Of a stretch of 34,956 nucleotides of DNA, positions 8,998-17,208 are shown piece by piece. Source of the stretch: a virus; the IMG/VR virus record IMGVR_UViG_3300021400_000047. One strand, 5' to 3'. The notes under the pieces were generated by a model. That model saw nothing but the letters and a program-made list of their open reading frames with translations. It made no database searches and was not told the DNA's origin. The translations under genes and the position numbers were made by a program. Positions within the stretch are counted from its first letter, which is position 1. The number at the start of each line of letters is the position of its first letter.

Positions 8998-9305
8998 TTT
9001 CTGCCTTTCCTCTCTTTCTGCGTCTTGTTATCTGTTTGGCACTCGTCAAAGAATTTACACCGCAGGCAGCAGGCGTGGCAGCCTTTACCCCTTACAAAAA
9101 GCCAGTGCCTTAGCCTCTCTGCTGCATATCTCGCTATCTGCTTTTGCTGCCTTATGTACGGGTGTGCCTCATGGTAGCCGTTGTGCTTTTGCTCTTCCTC
9201 TGCTTTCTGCTGCTGCCCCGCTCTGTATATCGCCTGCGCCGCTGCCAGCAGTGCTGGTATGAAAAACGCCGCTATAATCATTACTGCTAAAGCTATATAC
9301 CTCAT
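8994..9305 (-). CDS. Hypothetical membrane-anchored Cys-rich protein
   Basis: N-terminal TM helix IALAVMIIAAFFIPALLAAA. C-terminal CHACCLRCKFFDEC. Confidence 0.5.
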   Translation of the reverse strand: MRYIALAVMIIAAFFIPALLAAAQAIYRAGQQQKAEEEQKHNGYHEAHPYIRQQKQIARYAAERLRHWLFVRGKGCHACCLRCKFFDECQTDNKTQKERKGRK

Positions 9306-9955
9306 TTGCCGTGTAACCTCTCTAACTCTGCTGCACGCCTTACTATGCTGCGTGCGTAGTCTGTTATCTCGCCTGCTGCATACAGGCTGTTTGCCGTGTC
9401 TATTGCCATGTTATAGCGCATAAGCACGTAGTATACGTCGTCGTCCTCTCTTTCGTCGAATAGCTCCCGCAGGTAGTCAGCTGCTACAAGGATATTGCCG
9501 TATGGCTCGTATATGTCTGTAACGCCCAGCCGCTCCATGCGGTCTGTATGCCAGCGCGTGCTTATCTGCGCCAGCCCTTTGCAGCTGCCGTTAGTGGCGT
9601 TTATGTAAAACGTGCTCTCGCGCTCTACCAGCGCCTGCAATAGCTCTGGGCATATGTCATACATAGCGCCTACCTCTTCCGTGATAGCTATAAGCTCTGC
9701 CTCGCTTATGCAGCCCTCTGCTGCCTCTGTGCTCGGTATGTATGCAGGCTCTGTAATTTCCTCTACCCTTGCCTCTGGCTCTCTCGTCTCTATGATCTGC
9801 TGCGCTGGCTCTGGCTCTACCTGCTGCCAGTCTGCTGTAGTGATCTGCTGCGGCTCTATCGCTTGTATGCTGTCGTCGCCTGCTGCCGTCCTCGCTACTA
9901 TCATTGCTGCCAGTACCGTAAGTACTGCTATGGCTACTGCCTTTACTTTTCTCAT
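9302..9955 (-). CDS. Secreted/anchored lytic transglycosylase (SLT domain)
   Basis: Signal/TM segment VAIAVLTVLAAMIVA. SLT motifs LVERESTF...CKGLAQIS...AADYL. Confidence 0.75.
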   Translation of the reverse strand: MRKVKAVAIAVLTVLAAMIVARTAAGDDSIQAIEPQQITTADWQQVEPEPAQQIIETREPEARVEEITEPAYIPSTEAAEGCISEAELIAITEEVGAMYDICPELLQALVERESTFYINATNGSCKGLAQISTRWHTDRMERLGVTDIYEPYGNILVAADYLRELFDEREDDDVYYVLMRYNMAIDTANSLYAAGEITDYARSIVRRAAELERLHGK

Positions 9956-9960
9956 ACGCT

Positions 9961-10716
9961 TTACTCTAACCTCACTATGCGGTATCTAAAGTACCCATAC
10001 CCGTAAAACTCTGGGCTATGTATGCCCCTCTCTATACTGTCCTTATCCACGTACCAGCCTTTAGGTGCGTGCGGTTCTGCCTTAAACCAGTTACGCTGGC
10101 TTATGATCTCGTATACTGGCTCTGGGCGCACAAGGTTACGGCTGCTGTTATAACGCTTGCTCATAAGCGCGCCCTCGTCCTCTGTGCGGTGCTTGTCTGT
10201 GTATTTCAAAAAATAGCTTGCAAGCTCGCTGTACTGCCCTGTATCGTCCAAAGGGAAAACCTTAACACGGTTGTGCCCCTCATATGCCTTGTACCATGCC
10301 TGCTGCAATATCTCTGTATCGCACTTGTTTATTACAAGGTGGTGGTGGCGTGCTCCCTTTTCGCCTATCTCCATTACGTGTATGTATTTAAACTCTTTGC
10401 CAGCAGCCTTATACAGCTTTCTGCACTCACGTAAAAATTTATCTATGTCTGTGCGCATTTGCTCTTTGCTGCGTGGCTCTTCCTCTTTCCTGCGTATGTA
10501 GTCAAGTACTACGTGGTAGTCTCCATAGCCAAAGTTAGCATTTAACAATAGCCTTAGCTTTCTCTGTGCCTGTCTCTCGTTTACCCTCTTTTGCTCTTCT
10601 CTTGTAGGCTTTACCTTATCCTGCCTCTTTTGCCCTCTCTTCTGGTATCTGCTGGTATAGTAGTACTCTATCTCTACAGTTTTGCCAGCTGTAGTAGTGC
10701 GTTTAACGTATGGCAT
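9961..10716 (-). CDS. Putative HUH-superfamily rolling-circle replication initiator (Rep)
   Basis: Three ordered motifs: YHVVLDY (motif I-like), ARHHHLVIN (HxH plus hydrophobic, motif II), SELASYFLKYTDK (catalytic Tyr motif III). Confidence 0.55.
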   Translation of the reverse strand: MPYVKRTTTAGKTVEIEYYYTSRYQKRGQKRQDKVKPTREEQKRVNERQAQRKLRLLLNANFGYGDYHVVLDYIRRKEEEPRSKEQMRTDIDKFLRECRKLYKAAGKEFKYIHVMEIGEKGARHHHLVINKCDTEILQQAWYKAYEGHNRVKVFPLDDTGQYSELASYFLKYTDKHRTEDEGALMSKRYNSSRNLVRPEPVYEIISQRNWFKAEPHAPKGWYVDKDSIERGIHSPEFYGYGYFRYRIVRLE

Positions 10717-10810
10717 ATATTTTTACCTCTGTCGTAAAGCTAATACTTTTATCAAGTGTTTTAATAGAGCTTGCGCGCACTTAAAAAGCGGGCTTGCTCT
10801 TGCTTTTTCG

Positions 10811-10887
10811 CCATGCGTTCTATATAATATAGGTAGCTTTTAACGCATGGTTAAGCGCCTGTGGTATTCCCAGTACCGCAGGCGCTT
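10811..10887. promoter_or_regulatory. Two adjacent hairpins in the Rep-proximal intergenic region (candidate origin or regulatory site)
   Basis: Hairpin 1: ccatgcgtt (10811-10819) pairs with aacgcatgg (10842-10850), 22-nt AT-rich loop. Hairpin 2: aagcgcctgtggta (10853-10866) pairs with taccgcaggcgctt (10874-10887), 13/14 bp. Confidence 0.4.
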
Positions 10888-10895
10888 TTCTTTGT

Positions 10896-11144
10896 TCACT
10901 TAGCGCGCTGCGCAGCTCTCTGGCGTGCGTTCTCAATAAGTCGCGCTATATCCGTATCTGTTTTACTCTCACGGGCGCGCTGCTTTCTGTGGTTTTCGGA
11001 TACTTTACCCTTACCTACTGCAAGCTGCTGCCCTCTCCATATATTCTTAAAAATCTTGCTGCTTTTCCCGTTCTTCCCGTTATCGCTTAAACGCTGTGCT
11101 GCTGCCTTTGCTATCTGTCTCTGCATTTTGCGTGTGCTGCTCAT
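10896..11144 (-). CDS. Hypothetical basic protein
   Basis: 82 aa, Lys/Arg/Gln-rich. No motif recognised. Confidence 0.5.
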   Translation of the reverse strand: MSSTRKMQRQIAKAAAQRLSDNGKNGKSSKIFKNIWRGQQLAVGKGKVSENHRKQRARESKTDTDIARLIENARQRAAQRAK

Positions 11145-11149
11145 ATCAG

Positions 11150-11794
11150 TTATGCCCCCTTAGCCTTTTCTTTTTCCATATCCTCTGCTCTTGTGATCTT
11201 GTATATAGATACCTCGTAGCAGGTATGTGTTACCGTCTGCCCGTCCTCGGTCTTTTCATATGATCTGCTTTGTAGTCTGCCTTTTATGTCTACCTGTGTG
11301 CCCTCTGCCCAGTCTTTTACCTCGTCTGCTGCCTTATTCCAGCAGATAGCGGGCACGTAGCACTTGCCGCCCTCTCGCAGCTCGTTTGGTATTACTACCT
11401 TAATATCTGTAATGCGCTTACCGTTTGGCGTGGCTCTGTTTACAATGCCCTTACCCAGCGCGCCAGATAGTCTTACCTCGTTTTCTGGCTCGTAGTGCTC
11501 GCCTGTCTCTTCCAGCAGCTCTGCCAGCACGTATACAAGCACCTTGCCGCTTTTGTAGTTCTTAAAGGTTTGCAGCCTGCCGTAGCATATTACTGGCTTG
11601 CCTGCTGCCACTGGCTTTGTACCTGCTGGGCAAAATACTATAGCCTCGTCCTCTTGCCCGCTGCGCCGTCTCGTCTTTACTATTGTCTTGTAGCCCTTGT
11701 ACTGCTGCCCGTGTATGTTCGTTACCTCTGTAAACTCTGCCGCCATAACGCCTATAAGCGCTACGGCATTGCCCTGCGTCGTGATCTCGCCCAC
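11150..11794 (-). CDS. Tandem OB-fold, SSB-like protein
   Basis: C-terminal half VRLSGALGKGIVNRATPNGKRITDIKVV...CWNKAADEVKDWAEGTQVDIKGRLQSRSYE...THTCYEVSIYKI is SSB-like. The N-terminal half has a similar ...GKPVICYGRLQTF pattern. No acidic SSB tail. Confidence 0.55.
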   Translation of the reverse strand: MGEITTQGNAVALIGVMAAEFTEVTNIHGQQYKGYKTIVKTRRRSGQEDEAIVFCPAGTKPVAAGKPVICYGRLQTFKNYKSGKVLVYVLAELLEETGEHYEPENEVRLSGALGKGIVNRATPNGKRITDIKVVIPNELREGGKCYVPAICWNKAADEVKDWAEGTQVDIKGRLQSRSYEKTEDGQTVTHTCYEVSIYKITRAEDMEKEKAKGA

Positions 11795-11809
11795 GTTCTA
11801 AGCCCCTCT

Positions 11810-12175
11810 CTACTCTCCCAGCTCTGCTAAGGTCGCCTCTATCTCGTCCTTATAGCTGCTTTTTTCGTCGTCCTCTGTCTCTTGTGGCTCTTTGCCTGTG
11901 TTTGTAGGCTCTGCTGCCTCAAACTCTTTTACTGCGTCGTATGTATACTTGCGCTCGGTGTCAAAGGTACAGCTGTTTACGCTGTATCCCATTGCCCCAA
12001 AGCGGTTGCGTATGCTCTGGGCTGCGTCGTCTAACTCGTAGTCCTCGTTACCCGTCTCTACTGCGTAGCCCTCTAAACGCTCGCCTGTGCGCCTGTCCGT
12101 AAGCTCTAACTTAAAGCCCCATAACAGCACGTCTGTTACCTCTCCCAGTACTACTGTGTTTTCGTTTGTCTGCAT
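11810..12175 (-). CDS. Hypothetical acidic protein
   Basis: 121-aa ORF. No motif recognised. Confidence 0.5.
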   Translation of the reverse strand: MQTNENTVVLGEVTDVLLWGFKLELTDRRTGERLEGYAVETGNEDYELDDAAQSIRNRFGAMGYSVNSCTFDTERKYTYDAVKEFEAAEPTNTGKEPQETEDDEKSSYKDEIEATLAELGE

Positions 12176-12375
12176 ATCGCTGTATATATCCCCTTTCTTA
12201 AGGTTGCGTGTGCTGTCTGTTTAGCCCGTGCCTTTGCCTGCTCCATAGCTGCCATGTGGTCTTTTACAAGCTCTCTGGGCGTGCGCAGTACTGCCGTACT
12301 TACACCGCCGCAGGTGCATTGCTCGTTATGATCTAAATTACTGCCGCAATACGGGCACGTCTTAAACATTGCCAT
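12151..12375 (-). CDS. Small zinc-ribbon protein
   Basis: CPYCG...CTCG at the N-terminus. 74 aa. 25-nt overlap with the next ORF. Confidence 0.5.
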   Translation of the reverse strand: MAMFKTCPYCGSNLDHNEQCTCGGVSTAVLRTPRELVKDHMAAMEQAKARAKQTAHATLRKGIYTAICRQTKTQ

Positions 12376-12392
12376 AAGCGCTACCTCACTGT

Positions 12393-12785
12393 TTAAAAAG
12401 TAAATACGCCGTGGCGGTTTCTAACTACCGCTTTTACCGCCTTTATAAAGTCGTCTATGCTTTTATGTAGTTCAAAGTCCACTACTGGTATGCCTTGCGC
12501 TCTTGCCTCTTGTACCTCGCCGTACATACCCTCGCTTACTCCGTACTTATCGCCAAAAATAAGCACGTCGCACTTGTATAGCAGGCTTATGCCCGCTGCC
12601 AGTCCTGCTGCCCTGTCCTCTTTGTTGCTGTCGTCCAGTACGTGCGTAAGGTACATATGCGGCGTAATAGGTGCTATGCCGCTGTCTATAGCTATTTTGG
12701 TAAGCTCTTTTGCGTACTCGTCGTACTGCTTGCGCTGCTTTTTGTCGTTTGCCCTGTACGGGCTGCATATGTACGCTACTATCAT
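12393..12785 (-). CDS. Nucleoside 2-deoxyribosyltransferase-like protein (DUF4406/DUF1937-like)
   Basis: N-terminus IVAYICSPY and C-terminus CDVLIFGDKYGVSEGMYGEVQEARAQGIPVV resemble the NDT-like superfamily signature. Confidence 0.5.
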   Translation of the reverse strand: MIVAYICSPYRANDKKQRKQYDEYAKELTKIAIDSGIAPITPHMYLTHVLDDSNKEDRAAGLAAGISLLYKCDVLIFGDKYGVSEGMYGEVQEARAQGIPVVDFELHKSIDDFIKAVKAVVRNRHGVFTF

Positions 12786-13366
12786 GTTGTCGCCTCGCTC
12801 TCTACGCTTACCACGTCCTCTAAAGTGATCTGCCCCAGCTTTGTAAAGTTTTGCAGGTTTTCGTTATATCTGCTTACCCTGTAACGCCAGCCGCCGTGCT
12901 GTCTCCATATGCCCGTACCGTATCTGTCTGTATAGTATTCTTTCTCGCCGCTAAGCAGCTCGCGCATTGTCAGCTTGTCCTTAAGATACTCGCACGGCTC
13001 TATAAGCAGGTCGTGGTACATATCCCTGCGCGCGTCGTAAGCTCTCCACGGTAGCAGTGCTGTGCCGTCCTCTTGCATAAATGCTGCAAAGCAGTTGCGT
13101 ACCTCGTCGCCGCCTACCGTCCTGCTGTTTTTGTTCCAGCCCCAGTTATCTATTGTTACGCCGTCGTCGCTTACCTTAATTACGTCCACGTTATACGCAT
13201 AAGGCGCACCGCTCATTATGTAGCCGATAAAGTAAACCTTTTGCCCGCCCAGCAGGTTAAAGCCGTACTTTTTCTTTTCTATCTCTGGTAGGTTTTCCAG
13301 TTGCCCGCATATGCCCTTGTCTGGGTTATGCCAGCATAGCTGCAAGTTTGGGTATGTAATAACCAT
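12782..13366 (-). CDS. Hypothetical protein
   Basis: 194 aa. Conserved leader ACGAAAGAGAGGGCAGCGGC directly before the ATG. No motif recognised. Confidence 0.55.
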   Translation of the reverse strand: MVITYPNLQLCWHNPDKGICGQLENLPEIEKKKYGFNLLGGQKVYFIGYIMSGAPYAYNVDVIKVSDDGVTIDNWGWNKNSRTVGGDEVRNCFAAFMQEDGTALLPWRAYDARRDMYHDLLIEPCEYLKDKLTMRELLSGEKEYYTDRYGTGIWRQHGGWRYRVSRYNENLQNFTKLGQITLEDVVSVESEATT

Positions 13367-13395
13367 GCCGCTGCCCTCTCTTTCGTACTCTCTTC

Positions 13396-13683
13396 TTATA
13401 TGATGATCTGCGTATAAACGCTTAGCTGTAAATCGCTAAAGCTGTACTGCGCTATCTCGTCTGGCTCAATAGGCGGCATAAGTCCGCGCCTTTCCCAGTC
13501 TTTGTGCTTTATATCTAAGCTGTAGTGGTATTTCTTTACCAGTCTGTGCGCTATACGCTCTTTTGTTTCCTCATGTAGTAGGCTTGCGTATCCTGTGTAT
13601 AGCTCCGTCTCGCCGTCTATGATCTGCACTCTATCGCCTGCTCTTGTGTAGCTAAGTGCCTGCTCTACGGTTATTTGCTCCAT
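13396..13683 (-). CDS. Hypothetical protein
   Basis: 95-aa ORF abutting the upstream ORF's stop. No motif recognised. Confidence 0.5.
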   Translation of the reverse strand: MEQITVEQALSYTRAGDRVQIIDGETELYTGYASLLHEETKERIAHRLVKKYHYSLDIKHKDWERRGLMPPIEPDEIAQYSFSDLQLSVYTQIII

Positions 13684-13995
13684 TTATTCCACCTCGCTAA
13701 GCAGCTGGCGGCTAAATATCATATACAGCCCCAGTGGTACTATAAGCAGCGCTGCCGTTGCGTCCATATCCAGCAGCGGTACGCTTGCAATGCCTACCAG
13801 CACTGCTGCAAGCCCGCAAAGCCTCTGCTTTATATGTGCCAGTCTGTGTGCTCTTACCTTAAGCGCCTGCTGCCTCTGGCGGTATCTCACATACTCCACG
13901 CCCGCCCAAAAGTCTGCCCTGCGCTGTACCCTCGCTCTTGCTGGCAATGCCTTTCCGCCCTGTATCACTTTGTAGCTGTATGCTCTGCACTCCAC
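13684..13995 (-). CDS. Hypothetical membrane protein
   Basis: GTG start after ACGAAAGAGAGGGCAGGCAG. Two hydrophobic segments (LCGLAAVLVGIASVPLL, ALLIVPLGLYMIF). Confidence 0.45.
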   Translation of the reverse strand: MECRAYSYKVIQGGKALPARARVQRRADFWAGVEYVRYRQRQQALKVRAHRLAHIKQRLCGLAAVLVGIASVPLLDMDATAALLIVPLGLYMIFSRQLLSEVE

Positions 13996-14014
13996 CTGCC
14001 TGCCCTCTCTTTCG

Positions 14015-14491
14015 TTATATTCCTATAAGTATGTATGTAAGCCTGTTGCCCTCTATGTCCGTGCTTTCGTCTGTTGCCCACGTATTTACCGTACATTTAA
14101 GTAGGTTGTCTGGTATCTCTCGCATATCTTTGTAGCGTCCTGCTAAGCACTTCTCGTCGTAGCAGTCCTCTAAGTCCTCGTATATAGCAATGCCGTACCA
14201 GTCCATAGTGCAGCAGTTAAGAAACTCTCTTACGCTCATTTGTAGCGCCCTCGCTTTCGTGTCCTCTATCTCGTACTCTTTGTAGTTTTCCTCGTAGTAG
14301 CGCTCGCCCTCTAAGGCTCTGTGGCTGTAAATGTCTAAAGCTATATCTGTGCTTAGCTTGTTTACTATCCTTTTGGCTGCTGCAAGCGTCTTGTAGCCGT
14401 CCTGTAGCCGTCTATCTGGGTAAGCTATGCGCTTGCCCTTGTGATATATGCGCCTGCTGCCGTCTCTGCTTTTCTCTACTACATAAAACAT
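14015..14491 (-). CDS. Hypothetical protein
   Basis: Start moved to the ATG at 14491 (MFYVVEKS...). GAGGG lies 8 nt upstream and this removes the 46-nt overlap of the track ORF 14015..14551. Confidence 0.5.
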   Translation of the reverse strand: MFYVVEKSRDGSRRIYHKGKRIAYPDRRLQDGYKTLAAAKRIVNKLSTDIALDIYSHRALEGERYYEENYKEYEIEDTKARALQMSVREFLNCCTMDWYGIAIYEDLEDCYDEKCLAGRYKDMREIPDNLLKCTVNTWATDESTDIEGNRLTYILIGI

Positions 14492-14505
14492 AGGCGTGCC
14501 CTCTA

Positions 14506-14892
14506 TCAGCCAAAGCCCAGCGGCTCTGCTGTGTTTGGAAAGTTTACGCATATTGCCTGCGTGGTTATCTGGTGCTCGTATGCGTCCGTGATCTGTTCTA
14601 CCTCGTAGCCGTCCTGTAGGTTGTCCTGCATAATGCGGCGTGCGTCCTCTTTGTCTCTCGCTTTGATATAGCCCCAGTGCCCTGCCTTATATTCCTTGCC
14701 TACCTCTTTCCAGTAAGCCCTAAATACCCGTAACGGCTTTTCGGTCTGCGGTCTTGTGCCGCTCCATTGTATCTGGTTACCAAACGCCGCCTTGTAGCCT
14801 CTCTCTGCCTGCTCTGCAAGCTCTTGGCTTTCGTACTCGTGTACCTCTTTCTCGCCCGTTTCCCAGATTATTACCAGCTCGTACTTGCTCAT
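14506..14892 (-). CDS. Hypothetical protein
   Basis: 128 aa. Leader CACTAAAGAGAGGGCGAGAAC before the ATG. No motif recognised. Confidence 0.55.
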   Translation of the reverse strand: MSKYELVIIWETGEKEVHEYESQELAEQAERGYKAAFGNQIQWSGTRPQTEKPLRVFRAYWKEVGKEYKAGHWGYIKARDKEDARRIMQDNLQDGYEVEQITDAYEHQITTQAICVNFPNTAEPLGFG

Positions 14893-14907
14893 GTTCTCGC
14901 CCTCTCT

Positions 14908-15441
14908 TTAGTGTTGCTCTATCATTTTCGCCCGTGTCCTTTTGTCTATCCCGTCTGCATACGCCTGCCGCTTTGCCCACTTTGCCAGCTGCTCTGGTGT
15001 AAGCTCTTCTCTTATAATCGTCTCGTGCGGTGCGTCCTCTGGGTATATGTTCTGCTTTGCTATAAAAGCGTCCATAAAGTCCGCTATTTCCTCGTCAAAC
15101 ACGCGGCTGTAAAATTCGTACTCTAACTCTATCTCTATCTTTTGGGCTGCCGTACACTCTATGCCTATCTTTTGGCGCGTGCCCTGCGTCCTGTAAAACT
15201 TAATGCCTGCTGCCGCTCCCATAACCTTATACATACATTGCCGCAGCAGCTTTGCCTTATGCTGTCCGTTGTAGCTAAACAGGTAGTAGCTCACTTTTTC
15301 GCCGTCCAGCTCGTCCAGCGTTATGTTATTTGCCTTAAGCAGCTGCTCTAATTTGCGCTGCGCTGTCTCTTTCTCGCCGCCTACGCCGCGCTCTGCCAGC
15401 GCTTGCAGTTTCTTAAGCCGTTCCTTTGTTTTCTCTTCCAT
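14908..15441 (-). CDS. Hypothetical protein (N-terminal helical segment loosely DUF2786-like)
   Basis: 177 aa. ERLKKLQALAERGVGGEKETAQRKLEQLL at the N-terminus. Conserved 23-nt leader upstream. Confidence 0.5.
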   Translation of the reverse strand: MEEKTKERLKKLQALAERGVGGEKETAQRKLEQLLKANNITLDELDGEKVSYYLFSYNGQHKAKLLRQCMYKVMGAAAGIKFYRTQGTRQKIGIECTAAQKIEIELEYEFYSRVFDEEIADFMDAFIAKQNIYPEDAPHETIIREELTPEQLAKWAKRQAYADGIDKRTRAKMIEQH

Positions 15442-15502
15442 GTGCCTGCCCTTTCTTTAGTGATCTGCTGGGCAGCGGGTAAGCCGCCCAGCTGTTAAAC
15501 TC

Positions 15503-15727
15503 TTATAGCTTGTAAACTCTAACGCCCATGCGCTCTATGTCTAAGTGGTAGCCGTACTCTTGCAGCTTTTCTGCCACTATAGGCGGTGCGCTAAGTATCT
15601 TTACGCAGTCGTTACGTACTATGTTTTCTGCGGTAACGCCGCCTATGCTTATCTCAATAGGTGCGCAGCCGTTTGCCTGTATCTCTACCAGCTTGTTTAA
15701 CAGTTCCTTAATGTCGTCTTTATTCAT
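15503..15727 (-). CDS. Hypothetical protein
   Basis: 74 aa, preceded by the conserved 23-nt leader. No motif recognised. Confidence 0.5.
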   Translation of the reverse strand: MNKDDIKELLNKLVEIQANGCAPIEISIGGVTAENIVRNDCVKILSAPPIVAEKLQEYGYHLDIERMGVRVYKL

Positions 15728-15763
15728 TGTTTAGCCCTCTCTTTCGTGATCTGCTGCCCTTGC

Positions 15764-15970
15764 TTATGCAAAAAGCGCTTTTTGTGCTCTGTCTGCGCTG
15801 TAGCCCGTGTGATCTCGTCCACTTGCGCCGCCTCTTTCCAGTTCTCGGTAAAGGGTAGCGCGGTGTACGCCCATTTCTGCTACCATTGCCGTTACCTTTT
15901 CGCCAGCCTTTACCATTTCCTCTAAGCGCTGGCGGTCTTTGTAGTTCAGTTTTTTATATGTCCGTGCCAC
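15764..15970 (-). CDS. Stand-alone IS30-type HTH protein (homologue of the adjacent transposase N-terminus; regulator or truncated remnant)
   Basis: GTG at 15970 follows AAAGGAG with an 8-nt spacer. MARTYKKLNYKDRQRLEEM..MGVHRATLYRELERG..YSADRAQK aligns with transposase MARRFKQLTKADRLKIEAL..IGVHRSTIYRELKRG..YSADMADQK. The track's TTG start at 15991 lies inside a terminator T-tract. Confidence 0.6.
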   Translation of the reverse strand: MARTYKKLNYKDRQRLEEMVKAGEKVTAMVAEMGVHRATLYRELERGGASGRDHTGYSADRAQKALFA

Positions 15971-15999
15971 TTCCTTTGCTCCTTTCCGCAAATAAAAAA

Positions 16000-16027
16000 C
16001 GCGGTAGAGTTATTGCACTCTACCGCG
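16000..16027 (-). terminator. Rho-independent terminator (bidirectional appearance) downstream of the transposase gene
   Basis: Perfect 11-bp stem cgcggtagagt / actctaccgcg with a 6-nt loop. A-run 15994-15999 on plus gives UUUUUUAUUU on the minus transcript; a T-run follows on the plus strand. Confidence 0.75.
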
Positions 16028-16155
16028 CTATTTTGCTTAATTCTGCTGCAAAAAAATAAATGCGGCAGAGGCTTTTATAACCTCTTGTCGCATTTAATTC
16101 TAAATGTTACCTTTGAAAATGTCAATAATAAATGCAACAATTTTTTAAAAAATTT

Positions 16156-17208
16156 TCAAAGCCCTATTTTTGCCATTTCCTGCCTAAAAAGGTCGCCTGC
16201 ATTGTAAAAGCCCAGCAGCTCCCGTGGGTAGTTGTTTATCCAGTCCTCTACTGCCTGTATGTCCTCGTCGGTCATATCGTCAAAGTTTACGCCTTTTGGT
16301 ATCTTTCGTCTTACCATTTTGTTAGTGTTCTCGTTTGTGCCTCTCTCCCAGCTGCTGTACGGGTGGCAGTAGTATAGCTTTGTCCGCTGCCCGTCTCCTA
16401 AGCTGCTACCCTCTAAGCCCTCGCAGTCTGCAAACTCTGTGCCGTTGTCTACTGTGATAGTTTTAAACACGTCGCTAAAGCGCTCGCCGTACTGTGCCTC
16501 TAAGCTATCCAGTACCGCCACTACAGCTGCTGCCGTATGCTCTTGCAGCTTAAATAGCAGCTCGTCGCGTGTCTTTCTCTCTGATAGTACCAGTAGGCTG
16601 TTTTTACTTTTGCCTCGCTGCCCTATTACTGTATCCATTTCCCAGTTACCAAACTCTTGCCGCGTCTGTATGTCCTCTGGGCGCTTTTCTATGCTCGTAC
16701 CTGCTGCCGCTTTCTTTTGCGTGCGCTCCACTTTCTTATACTGGCGCTTGCGCTTTCCCTTAACAGGCAGGTGCTTATTTGTCAGCCGCAAAAATATGCC
16801 CTTGTCTATGTAGCTGTAAAGCGTGGTAACGCATATGCTTACGCTAAACTCTGCCGCCTTGCCCGTTACCTTAAGCTCTCCCAGTACGGCTGCTGGGCTG
16901 TAGTCGTCCTCTACTATTTTCTTTTCTATATAGTTTGCGTACTCTATGTCGTTGCCTATCTTAAGCCCTGCGCCCTTTTCCTTAAGGTTTGCCCTGTATT
17001 TCTGGTCTGCCATATCAGCGCTGTAGCTTTCCGTTTCCGTCCAGTCGCTATTACGCTTTGTATAAGCGCCCCGTTTAAGTTCCCTGTAAATAGTGCTGCG
17101 GTGTACGCCTATCTGTGTTGCTATGTCCGCAGGCTTATGCCCTGCATTGTGCAGCGCCTCTATTTTAAGGCGGTCTGCTTTTGTAAGCTGCTTAAAACGT
17201 CTCGCCAT
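16156..17208 (-). CDS. IS30-family DDE transposase
   Basis: 350 aa. N-terminal HTH (LTKADRLKIEAL..IGVHRSTIYRELKRG). Catalytic core GNWEMDTV...ITVDNGTEF...YYCHPYSSWERGTNENTN (D, D, E signature of IS30). Confidence 0.9.
   Translation of the reverse strand: MARRFKQLTKADRLKIEALHNAGHKPADIATQIGVHRSTIYRELKRGAYTKRNSDWTETESYSADMADQKYRANLKEKGAGLKIGNDIEYANYIEKKIVEDDYSPAAVLGELKVTGKAAEFSVSICVTTLYSYIDKGIFLRLTNKHLPVKGKRKRQYKKVERTQKKAAAGTSIEKRPEDIQTRQEFGNWEMDTVIGQRGKSKNSLLVLSERKTRDELLFKLQEHTAAAVVAVLDSLEAQYGERFSDVFKTITVDNGTEFADCEGLEGSSLGDGQRTKLYYCHPYSSWERGTNENTNKMVRRKIPKGVNFDDMTDEDIQAVEDWINNYPRELLGFYNAGDLFRQEMAKIGL

Noticed and set aside
10853-10887. Hairpin as the terminator of minus-strand gene 10896..11144.
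   Set aside because: On the minus transcript the hairpin is followed by UUAACCAUGCG, which is not a U-tract. The T-tract is on the plus-strand side. It is kept only as a candidate origin or regulatory structure.
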